This document shows positions 1-8,408 of a DNA stretch of 64,000 nucleotides, piece after piece. The notes beneath the pieces are model-generated. The model was not told where the DNA came from. It ran no database searches and saw only the letters and a list, made by a program, of their open reading frames with translations. The DNA comes from Candidatus Nanohaloarchaea archaeon (lineage in GTDB: Archaea; Nanohalarchaeota; Nanosalinia; Nanosalinales; Nanosalinaceae), in assembly GCA_041640035.1 (NCBI GenBank), contig JBEQBC010000001.1, forward strand, positions 96,001 to 160,000, read 5' to 3'. A program made the translations under genes and the position numbers. The first letter of the stretch is position 1, and each line of letters begins with the position of its first letter.

Positions 1-381
1 ACACAGAGACTGGGAACTGAACCACCTTACCAGAACGAATTATACGACAACTATGAACCCGGAATCTATGTCGATGTAGTAAGCGGAGAACCGCTTTTCT
101 CCAGCAAAACCAAGTTCAAATCCAATACAGGATGGCCAAGCTTCTACAAACCGCTCGAACCCTCAAACATCGTAGAGAAAAGAGATCCGGGTCCTCTTGG
201 ATACAGGGTCGAGGTAAGAAGCAAACACGCAGACAGCCATCTTGGACACCTGTTTGAAAACCCGAATACGCCGACAGGACTGAGATACTGTCTCAACAGC
301 GCAGCACTAGAGTTCATACCCGCGGAAGAACTTGAGGAAGAGGGCTACGGACAGTACACGGACTTGTTCGAAGAGGCATGA
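1..381 (+). CDS. msrB: Peptide-methionine (R)-S-oxide reductase MsrB (5'-truncated by window edge)
   Basis: Frame +1 read by hand (absent from ORF track): GTEPPY..GIYVDVVSGEPLFSS..TGWPSF..EVRS..DSHLGHLF..GLRYCLNSAALEF; stop TGA at 379-381. Confidence 0.93.
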   Translation, partial: TQRLGTEPPYQNELYDNYEPGIYVDVVSGEPLFSSKTKFKSNTGWPSFYKPLEPSNIVEKRDPGPLGYRVEVRSKHADSHLGHLFENPNTPTGLRYCLNSAALEFIPAEELEEEGYGQYTDLFEEA

Positions 382-386
382 AATAA

Positions 387-929
387 ATGAACCTCTCAAT
401 AATCCAGCTCTCTGGCATAGTAAGTGCCTCAACTATGACGGCATTGATGATCTGGTCGGTTCTAATCGACCGCTTCAGGTTCTGGCCGCCAGGAGAAAGA
501 AACCTTAGATGGTTCACATACTGGACATTAGCAACTGTAAATACGCTGTCAATCGTCGCAATAATTCTTCAGTCTTTCAGCTTCTCTTCATTAGGTTTCT
601 ACAGACTCTTCACGCTTCTCTTGATTTTCGTAGGTGTACTGATATCGGCTAAAGCGATAAGAACTCTTGGTGCTGAGCAGACCTCAGGTATCGACGGTGA
701 ACTGGTTAATAACGGTTTATACAGCTACAGCCGGAATCCACAGGTTGTCGGAAATCTCATCAGTGTTGTAGGCTTTGTTCTCTACACTTCTACGACCGCT
801 TCCATGGTGATCGGAGTCCTTGCATCTACCTGGCTTATCTCAATGGTTTTTTCCGAAGAAAAGAAGCTGAAGGAAGACTTGGGAATTTCTTACAAAGAGT
901 ATCTTGAAGAGGTTCCCCGGTTTATCTAA
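387..929 (+). CDS. ICMT/PEMT-family membrane methyltransferase
   Basis: Hydrophobic; LVNNGLYSYSRNPQ and EEKKL..LG..Y.EY...VPRFI motifs. Confidence 0.8.
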   Translation: MNLSIIQLSGIVSASTMTALMIWSVLIDRFRFWPPGERNLRWFTYWTLATVNTLSIVAIILQSFSFSSLGFYRLFTLLLIFVGVLISAKAIRTLGAEQTSGIDGELVNNGLYSYSRNPQVVGNLISVVGFVLYTSTTASMVIGVLASTWLISMVFSEEKKLKEDLGISYKEYLEEVPRFI

Positions 930-2059
930 GTCAGATCCTCTCGCCAGTAACTCCACGCCATTCCGACAGTGGCAAACGCAGCAAGAACAAAGCTTGCCTG
1001 GAAACCGGTCCTCAGATCTGTTAGAGTGTAGAAGCTGTACAGTGTGAGCACCGTGAGTACATTTCCGACTGATACAAACATCTTCCTCAATGTGTAGAAC
1101 TCCAGTATATCGGTTTTCTCCGCCTCATCCGCAAAGCTCGAGTAGATCGGTACATGGTATATCTGGAAGAATATCCCGCTGATAAATGAAACCACGAAAA
1201 CCTGGAATGGAGTTACAAGCAGCCCTCTGGCTAGGTAGGATGCGGCCGCTCCTGTACAACCTATCGCTACGAAAACCTTCTTGTTGATGTTCGATGCATA
1301 TTTTCCGACCAGCAGTCCAGTTGCAACGAACCCCAGGCTGTCAAGTGCTCTGGCGCCTCCAACATCGATTGAGCCGCCGATGATCATGTAAACGAATAGA
1401 CCAAAGATCGCTACCGCTGTGTTCGCTTGGACACCTCTTGCTATGAAAAGTGGAACTGTCTTAAGGTACTCTTTGCCTAGAAGGTTTTTCAGGTCGTAAT
1501 CCATAGAGTCTCTGTGGTCCTCGGACCTCATCAGTGGTATCACGGAAAGCAGGAGGATGAATACTGTTACCATCATGAGTTCTCCGAATCCCAGTCCTGC
1601 GAAGATAAGTCCTCCGGCCAGTGGTGCTATTATACGGGAGATATTAGGGAGGCTGAGCATCTTACCGGAATCGCTGGACCTGTTTTCGTCTTCAGAGTCT
1701 ACTGCGAACTCTGAGTTCATGCTCAGGTTGTGGAAAAGCCTTCCTAGGTTGTACATCAGTGAGGAGAAGATTATCAGGAGTATGGAGAGGTCAAAGTATC
1801 TTATTGATGCAAGTCCTGGAATCAGAAATATGTATGAAGCTGCTAAACTGTGTTTGAATCCTATCCGTGCTACGATTCTTGAAACCGGGTAGGAAAGAGT
1901 GATACCTGTAAAACCGGAGATGATCAGGAAGAGTGCGGCTGCTGGAAGACCGAAACCTTCTGAAACAATGTAGACTGGTATAAATACTCCTATCAGTGAA
2001 AGCGCGAAGTTCTTCAGTAGTTCGTATGCCACTAAGTTGTCTAGTTCTCTGAACTCCAT
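926..2059 (-). CDS. MFS transporter
   Basis: 377 aa, about 12 hydrophobic segments, RIVARIGFK resembling MFS motif A. Confidence 0.75.
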   Translation of the reverse strand: MEFRELDNLVAYELLKNFALSLIGVFIPVYIVSEGFGLPAAALFLIISGFTGITLSYPVSRIVARIGFKHSLAASYIFLIPGLASIRYFDLSILLIIFSSLMYNLGRLFHNLSMNSEFAVDSEDENRSSDSGKMLSLPNISRIIAPLAGGLIFAGLGFGELMMVTVFILLLSVIPLMRSEDHRDSMDYDLKNLLGKEYLKTVPLFIARGVQANTAVAIFGLFVYMIIGGSIDVGGARALDSLGFVATGLLVGKYASNINKKVFVAIGCTGAAASYLARGLLVTPFQVFVVSFISGIFFQIYHVPIYSSFADEAEKTDILEFYTLRKMFVSVGNVLTVLTLYSFYTLTDLRTGFQASFVLAAFATVGMAWSYWREDLT

Positions 2060-2079
2060 CCTGTGTTTTTCCTCTTAGT

Positions 2080-2346
2080 TTATCTTCTGAATATGTAGTT
2101 GTGTTCTCCTGAGATTATCTCTATCTGATCTTCCTCAAATATTATTTCTTCAGCTCTAATTTCGGCCTGGTGCAGAGGCATAGCTCCGTAAACCTCTCCG
2201 CTCTCCGAAATCTCCAGTCTCTCACTTCCCGAACTGTAAACTAATCTATCATCTTCCGCAGTCACTTTGCTCTCCGAAAAGTGAGTCCTGAATTCCTCTA
2301 CTATCTTTCTCCAGTCTTTATCTAAATTCAAAGCTTGTTGTGACAT
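2080..2346 (-). CDS. Hypothetical protein
   Basis: Acidic 88-aa ORF in operon between osmC and MFS gene. Confidence 0.55.
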   Translation of the reverse strand: MSQQALNLDKDWRKIVEEFRTHFSESKVTAEDDRLVYSSGSERLEISESGEVYGAMPLHQAEIRAEEIIFEEDQIEIISGEHNYIFRR

Positions 2347-2746
2347 CTGTCTTCACCGAATTATGTATGAAACAGTTCTTCCGGGTTGCATCGGCTACAT
2401 TCTCGGCCTCTTTCTCATCTTCAACACCTGTTACCTGTACCTGTATCTCTGCCTCCTTGATGATGGGCCGGGTGTCTTCTCCTCTTCCGAGAACGCCTTC
2501 TGCTTCCGCAGATATCTCCGAGTACTTCAGATTCTTTCTCTCCGCTATTGACTTGAATGTCGCGACCACGCATGTCATGATTGAGGCACTGAAGAGGTCT
2601 TCAGGTGACGGATTATCATCTGATCCGTCGAACTCTTCGGGTACGGTCATCTCTGTCTTAAGTCCTTCCCCTGTTTCCAGGTTCCAGCCTTCTTCTCCGT
2701 TTTCTGCTTCAGCCTTTGATGAGAAATTGATTGGATATTCGACTAT
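2318..2746 (-). CDS. osmC: OsmC/Ohr family protein, probably starting at ATA 2746 (first ATG at 2650)
   Basis: PEEFDG..NPSPEDLF.AS...C and CFIHNSV motifs; frame open 32 codons upstream of ATG to an ATA preceded by GGAGG. Confidence 0.85.
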   Translation of the reverse strand: MVEYPINFSSKAEAENGEEGWNLETGEGLKTEMTVPEEFDGSDDNPSPEDLFSASIMTCVVATFKSIAERKNLKYSEISAEAEGVLGRGEDTRPIIKEAEIQVQVTGVEDEKEAENVADATRKNCFIHNSVKTDVTTSFEFR

Positions 2747-2857
2747 TGTCGGTACGCCTCCTGTTCAGTACTAGTTATCTCATAATTTCATTTAACGGTT
2801 TTCGGTCACTGAAGGTTTGTAACAGCTTTTTAATCCGGTGAACACAAATATTACGGT

Positions 2858-4054
2858 ATGAAAAAATACCTTATTTTAACTGTCTCAGTACTTTTACTCG
2901 TTTCTTCAGCCGCAGCACCATGTCCGGTCGTATTTACACCTCCAAACTCTTTTGTACACCTGACAGATGAAAGTCAGGCACTTCTAGCCTACGATGACGA
3001 TACCGACACTCAGCACTACATCGTCAGGCAAGCATATGAAGGAGTTGCATCGGATTTCGGACTGGTGATGCCAACACCGGACAGACCGAACATGACAGAG
3101 AAAGAGGAAGGACTGTTCGAAGAACTACATCAGATGACCAAAGAGCCCGTTGAAAACCGGGCTCTAGATAGTTTCAGTAGTCTTCAGTCATCATCTGAAG
3201 GAGTTGAAGTGGTTGAGTCCCGTGATATCGGTGACTTCAACGCAACGATTCTGAAAGCAAATAGCTCGACGGCGCTGGTGAACTGGCTCGATGAACATAA
3301 TTTCAACTACGGGAACAAAAGCGAGGAGAACTTCCAGTACTACATCAAGAAAGACCAGCAGTACTACTTCACAGCTATGAAAATAAATCTGGAAGAGGCT
3401 GACTGTCTGACAAAGAGACAGTTCGAAATCGGGAAGAACCCGACATTCAGAAATCAGGTTATGCCGGAAGAAGACACAGCAACAGATAGATGCTGGCTGA
3501 GAGGAGGTCTTCAGCCTATCCAGTTCACTTACGAGACAGATGAACCGGTTCTACCTCTCAGAATCATGTCCCGGCCTCATGACGAATCTCCAATGACTGG
3601 CGGCAGCGATCACGGCGATCATGATCATAGCCATGAAGATGAAGCTTTACCACCTGGCAACTTCCTGGTTTACACACTCTCCGATCAGCCTTTGACAGTT
3701 CCGGGAGCCAAGGTGAAGTACTCGGACAGAGTTGATGAACTCCCTGATCAGGCGGACTCTCTTGACTCAGGTAAATTCCTAGTAAGACAGAGAATCAAGT
3801 TTAACGCACACAGGATCGAAGACGATCTCTACATGCAGGAAGCTAAGCCTTTTCAGGTCACGAAGGAACAGACAAGAATCGTCAATCCATCTGAAATAGA
3901 TTCAGAGAACGGACTGCTGAAGTTCGATGGTCCTGAAGAAGTGCAGGTTCAGTTTGAGAAATCAGGTTTCCTCAGCAGCTTCTCTTACTCGGCTCAGAAG
4001 AAACTGAAGAACTACGGACCGCAGTTCTACTGGATTTACATGCAGCTTATCTAG
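2858..4054 (+). CDS. Secreted DUF2330-like protein
   Basis: Signal peptide; DFGLVMPTP, LVNWLDEHNF..YYI..YFTAMK and PLR segments typical of DUF2330; His-rich insert. Confidence 0.65.
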   Translation: MKKYLILTVSVLLLVSSAAAPCPVVFTPPNSFVHLTDESQALLAYDDDTDTQHYIVRQAYEGVASDFGLVMPTPDRPNMTEKEEGLFEELHQMTKEPVENRALDSFSSLQSSSEGVEVVESRDIGDFNATILKANSSTALVNWLDEHNFNYGNKSEENFQYYIKKDQQYYFTAMKINLEEADCLTKRQFEIGKNPTFRNQVMPEEDTATDRCWLRGGLQPIQFTYETDEPVLPLRIMSRPHDESPMTGGSDHGDHDHSHEDEALPPGNFLVYTLSDQPLTVPGAKVKYSDRVDELPDQADSLDSGKFLVRQRIKFNAHRIEDDLYMQEAKPFQVTKEQTRIVNPSEIDSENGLLKFDGPEEVQVQFEKSGFLSSFSYSAQKKLKNYGPQFYWIYMQLI

Positions 4055-6309
4055 AGCAGGATTTCCCTGTCTTTCTCTCTTTCTTCTCCATTAACTTTTA
4101 TCCTCTCAAAGTTCTCCAGAAGCTTATCCGGAACCTTAACCGAATCGAATACGCCTTCTGGTACATCAAGACGGACCACTCCATCTTCCTTCTCCATTTC
4201 TACAGTATCGCTTACTTCGGAGGTCTTGACAGGTGTTGAGGTCTCTGAATCTGTTTTGCAAGGATATATCTCGAGGTACATCTGTTGGAAACCGTTCTTC
4301 AGGTGCTGAGTACTTTTCTGTTTCGGTACTGCTGCTCCCGCTTTCACATAGAATGGGATTAGGTTTTCTTCGCTGTAACTTGCTTTATGAGTTTCTTCAA
4401 CTGTTTCATGTGTCCAGTAGTTGATCCATTCTCCTTCCGGTATGTAGACTTTTCTGTTTCTGTCTTCAGATAGGAAAGGCGCTATCAGGAAATGTTCTCC
4501 TACCATGTGCTGTGTATCCATGTTTTCCACAGCCAAGTCGTCTTGGTATTCTAGTATCATCGGTCTTGTTACAGGTACGCCGGTTTCAACTGAGTTCCGC
4601 GCGTACGAGTAGATGTATGGTAGCAGCCGGTATCTTTCCCTGAGTACCTTTGTAACATTATCTTCTGCATCTTCGTAGTGCCATGGTTCTCGCGGTGTTT
4701 TTCCGTGGGCTCTGATGTGGCTGGTGCCTAAAGCGCTCCATTTCATCCATTCCTCGTACAGTTTGTCGCTTGGCTCTGGTTTGTATCCTCCGCTGTCGGA
4801 GCTCCAGTACATGTATCCGGATAATGCTGCGTTCAAACCGCTTTTGACCGTGGTCTCGAAGCCTTCCCAGTCCGAGTAGCTGTCGCCGTTCCAGAAGATC
4901 TCTCCGTCCAGCTGTTTCGCCCAGCCGCTTCTTGTCCATAGTACAGGGTCTTTACCTGCTTCTCTGAATGCTTTGTGTATTGTTTCTCTGTATAGTTTTG
5001 TGTAGTGGTTGCGTTCTCCTTCACCTGATTTCTCAGAGCTGAGAACAGTGTCTTTCGGCAGGTACTCTCCGAAGTCTGCTTTAACTGCGTCTACGCCGGC
5101 TTCCACTAGTTTCCTGGTTTTCTCTTTCCACCAGTCCCGTGCTTCCGGGTCTGTGAAGTCGACTATCCCCATGTTTCCGCCGTCCTCGAAGATGTACGGT
5201 CTGCCGTCTTTGTTCTCGACCAGGTAGTCGTTTCTCTTCGCTTCACTAAATGTACTCGTCTCTACAGGCAGGTACGGATACTGCCATACACATACGGATA
5301 CACCTCTTTCATGAAGTTCTTTGATATGTTTTTCAGGTTCTTCGAATTTTTCTCCCCATTCAAGATTGAGTTCGTCTCCCATCCAGCCTGGATCCAGATG
5401 TACAACATCGAAAGGTATCTCTTTCCCTCTGTAGTTATCAGTAATTTCGCTGACCTGTTCCCAGGAGGTGTATGTGTTTCTTGAAGTCCAGAAGCCGAAG
5501 GTCCACAGCGGCGGGGTTTCAGGCCGTCCGATGTAACCTGTTATGGTGGAAAGTGTCTGTTTGATACTGTCTTCGAATACGATTATCGCTGAGAGGTAGT
5601 CTCCTTCAACTGTGATATCTCCTGCCTCTGGATTGCTGTCTGCCAGGTTGAATCTTGTGTCGTCGTGTGTGTCGACCAGCACTCCGTAGTTCTTGGATGA
5701 GATGAAGAAAGGTGTATCTTTGTATTTGGCTCTTGAGGCGCTTCCTGCACCCTGTGTTATCCATTCTTCGGTTGTTCTTCCACGGGCATTGATATCTCCG
5801 AACCGTTCTCCCATACCATAGAAGTTTTCATCAGGGCCTATCTCGAACCCTAGGCTTACAGTTTTAGTGACTGAGGGATTCCTGTTAACTTCCTCCTTTC
5901 CGTAACCGACTCCGTACGCAGAACGGTTTTCTTTGGTATCTCTGGAGTCGAAATCAAGCTTCATTTCTTTATCTCCATCTCCCAGAACAATTTTGCCATT
6001 CTGATGAACTTCTACTGTGCATTTATCGGTCTCAATTTTCCAGTAGTTTTCCTGGCTTTCCGTTATCTGTATTTGGCCGGTTTTTTCTATACCTAGATCT
6101 GATTCAAGTATTTCAGTTTCGTCGTAGCCAGTCTTGTTTATAGTAACTCTTACATCGCCTTTACCGGTGGCGCTCAGAACTATGAACCCGTTTTCGCCGC
6201 TGAAAAGGCATTCAAGAACTATTTTGTCCTCTTTTTCTTCTACACTGCTTATCTCTTCTAGTTCGAAATAACTGTCAATCTCTTCTATCGGTGTATCTGT
6301 CAGGTCCAT
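4051..6309 (-). CDS. Glycoside hydrolase family 31 (alpha-xylosidase YicI-like/alpha-glucosidase)
   Basis: FYGMGE, YKDTPFF, PPLWTFG, HLDPGW, nucleophile KADFGE, WNGD, WSSDSGG, RAHG..PREPW, RYRLLPYIYS. Confidence 0.92.
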   Translation of the reverse strand: MDLTDTPIEEIDSYFELEEISSVEEKEDKIVLECLFSGENGFIVLSATGKGDVRVTINKTGYDETEILESDLGIEKTGQIQITESQENYWKIETDKCTVEVHQNGKIVLGDGDKEMKLDFDSRDTKENRSAYGVGYGKEEVNRNPSVTKTVSLGFEIGPDENFYGMGERFGDINARGRTTEEWITQGAGSASRAKYKDTPFFISSKNYGVLVDTHDDTRFNLADSNPEAGDITVEGDYLSAIIVFEDSIKQTLSTITGYIGRPETPPLWTFGFWTSRNTYTSWEQVSEITDNYRGKEIPFDVVHLDPGWMGDELNLEWGEKFEEPEKHIKELHERGVSVCVWQYPYLPVETSTFSEAKRNDYLVENKDGRPYIFEDGGNMGIVDFTDPEARDWWKEKTRKLVEAGVDAVKADFGEYLPKDTVLSSEKSGEGERNHYTKLYRETIHKAFREAGKDPVLWTRSGWAKQLDGEIFWNGDSYSDWEGFETTVKSGLNAALSGYMYWSSDSGGYKPEPSDKLYEEWMKWSALGTSHIRAHGKTPREPWHYEDAEDNVTKVLRERYRLLPYIYSYARNSVETGVPVTRPMILEYQDDLAVENMDTQHMVGEHFLIAPFLSEDRNRKVYIPEGEWINYWTHETVEETHKASYSEENLIPFYVKAGAAVPKQKSTQHLKNGFQQMYLEIYPCKTDSETSTPVKTSEVSDTVEMEKEDGVVRLDVPEGVFDSVKVPDKLLENFERIKVNGEEREKDREILL

Positions 6310-6351
6310 AATATCCGTTTACCAGTTCTAGTTGTTTAACTTTTCCCGCAG

Positions 6352-7281
6352 TCAGTACGAATCCAGGAGGCTTTTCACTTCCTCCTTCCGTTCCTCCAGA
6401 AGCTTTCCACGGTATTCCTCGATCTCTTCTACTGTGCCAATCGCTTTCCAGGATTCGCTGCATTCGCCTTGCACGATGTATGAGTAAGAGATAGCGTTCT
6501 GGAAGAAACGGTACATCTTAACACGGTTCCTATCGATATCCTCGTCCATCTTTTCGTACATCAGTTCTCTAAACTCTTCTCTCTTCTCTGGGTGGAAGAA
6601 GCCGATGAATTCGTCGATTACTGATGATTCAAGTTTTCCCCAGTCCTTTGCTGAGTCGAAGAATCCTGCGTATTCCCAGTCAAAGACTCCTTTCAGGTCT
6701 GAGCCTTCGAATATGAAGTTGTGCATACCTAGATCGCTGTGAGAGAATTTATCAGTGCTTTCTGTCTCTGAAAGTGTGTCCAGAACCTTTCTGCATAGTT
6801 CAACTGTTTCCTCGTCAAGTCCCGGTTCGATCAGCTCTATCTCATCTCTCATACCTTCAATAATCTCCGGTCTTTCACTCAGTACCTCAGAGTCCTCTGC
6901 TCTCTGCTTCAGGTCTCCGCTGTTCTGAATTTCCTCAAGTATATCTATAGCCTTCTTCAGAGTGCTCCTGCAGAACTCTTCGTCCTTCCATTTCTCTCTT
7001 TCCGGGTACTGTATATCAAGGTCCTCGGAGATCGCCAAGATTTCGTCTCCCCGTTCTATCATTTTGACCGGTTCAGATACACGGATATCTGAATTGGAGT
7101 AAAGAATTCTACTGGCTTCGAAACCTCTTTTTACTGCGTCGAAGTTTTCAGGTCCGGAATACTTCATGAATACAGGTCTTCCTTGGTATGTGCCTGTTCT
7201 GACTTCGTTCTTCACTCCGCCTTTCGGTGTTCCATCTACTGAAAGATCTTCGGTGTTCTCTATTATTTCTTTAAGGCTCAA
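6352..7281 (-). CDS. Aminoglycoside/choline kinase-like phosphotransferase
   Basis: HSDLGMHNF and GVFDWE motifs; TTG start with GGTGA SD. Confidence 0.8.
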   Translation of the reverse strand: MSLKEIIENTEDLSVDGTPKGGVKNEVRTGTYQGRPVFMKYSGPENFDAVKRGFEASRILYSNSDIRVSEPVKMIERGDEILAISEDLDIQYPEREKWKDEEFCRSTLKKAIDILEEIQNSGDLKQRAEDSEVLSERPEIIEGMRDEIELIEPGLDEETVELCRKVLDTLSETESTDKFSHSDLGMHNFIFEGSDLKGVFDWEYAGFFDSAKDWGKLESSVIDEFIGFFHPEKREEFRELMYEKMDEDIDRNRVKMYRFFQNAISYSYIVQGECSESWKAIGTVEEIEEYRGKLLEERKEEVKSLLDSY

Positions 7282-7287
7282 CCTGTT

Positions 7288-7806
7288 TTACTCACCTTCT
7301 GTATCAAGTCTGGCTGCGAGGATCATGCTGATTGTCTGTGAAACTGCGATCCCTGCGATTGCTAATCCGGTTAGTGCATCTATTGATAGGATTATGCCTG
7401 CTGCGAATGCGATGAATGATATTCCGGATTCGATTCCGAGTTTTCTGTATATGTCGCTGTACTGGTCCATGTGTTCTGCTGATAGGTAGAGTCCTATTCC
7501 GGGTCCTAGGAACCAGTAGATTACTGAGCTCCAGGCTAGTATGTTGCTGTAGCTCTGTACTGAGAAGCTTAGTGCTCCGAGTAATGTGAATACTCCTCCG
7601 GCTGCGATCACTTTTCTCCATATATCCAGGACCTCGTTGTCGCCCATCTCCTGCCATGAGAGAAGCGAGAAACCGGTTAGGAACAGCACCATGAAGTAGT
7701 GCATGTGTCTTATCCAGTACGGATCGACTCCCGGGTAGATTATGGTTGCGAAGGTAAGCATCCACGCTGCCGGAATCAGAAGTATAGGTCCACGATCCCT
7801 TATCAT
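7288..7806 (-). CDS. Membrane protein of unknown function
   Basis: Multi-TM 172-aa ORF co-oriented with neighbours. Confidence 0.65.
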   Translation of the reverse strand: MIRDRGPILLIPAAWMLTFATIIYPGVDPYWIRHMHYFMVLFLTGFSLLSWQEMGDNEVLDIWRKVIAAGGVFTLLGALSFSVQSYSNILAWSSVIYWFLGPGIGLYLSAEHMDQYSDIYRKLGIESGISFIAFAAGIILSIDALTGLAIAGIAVSQTISMILAARLDTEGE

Positions 7807-7845
7807 GGAATGTTAATTGTCGTGGAACTGGTATAAATCCTTCTT

Positions 7846-8373
7846 CTATTTCCTCTGGTGACACCAGTCCAGAAACATAGGAACTCCCTGTGTAAAGGCA
7901 GCGATCGGCAGAACTATAGACTGAATACCTGGATCAACGAACAGGTAACCGCCTAGTAAACCGTTCAGAACAGCAGCTACCGTGTAGATTTTCCTCGAGG
8001 CTCCGCTGGTTTTGTAGGCGGTGTATGCGAACAGTGCGGCCGGTATCAGCATCCATTTATGGTAGTAGCTGTACTCCAGTAACTGACCGGTAAACCTTCT
8101 CTGAGCTGAGAAGTTGGAGATTATTCCGAAGCCCACAAATACAGCCCAGACCGGGTTTAACTTGAACCAGTCTCTTTCCTCGTCAACCTCCTGATAGCTC
8201 TTGTATATCGGCAAAGCCATCAACAAGGCCCACATCGTGAGAATCTGGTAGTTCAGATTGATTGAAGACACAGCAAAGTACTGTACATACGGTGTGAGAA
8301 GGTATCCGAGCGTGACTGTGACGCCCCAGGTCAGAACTGTGTCCAGTTCCTCAACTCTGTTTTTGAGCTCCAT
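7846..8373 (-). CDS. Membrane protein of unknown function
   Basis: Multi-TM 175-aa ORF. Confidence 0.6.
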   Translation of the reverse strand: MELKNRVEELDTVLTWGVTVTLGYLLTPYVQYFAVSSINLNYQILTMWALLMALPIYKSYQEVDEERDWFKLNPVWAVFVGFGIISNFSAQRRFTGQLLEYSYYHKWMLIPAALFAYTAYKTSGASRKIYTVAAVLNGLLGGYLFVDPGIQSIVLPIAAFTQGVPMFLDWCHQRK

Positions 8374-8408
8374 AAATGTACTCTTCGCCTCCAGATGCTT
8401 TAATGTTT

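Noticed and set aside
7304-7864. 186-aa overlapping minus-strand ORF
   Set aside because: Alternative frame of the 7288..7806 membrane gene, with atypical Arg/His-rich composition
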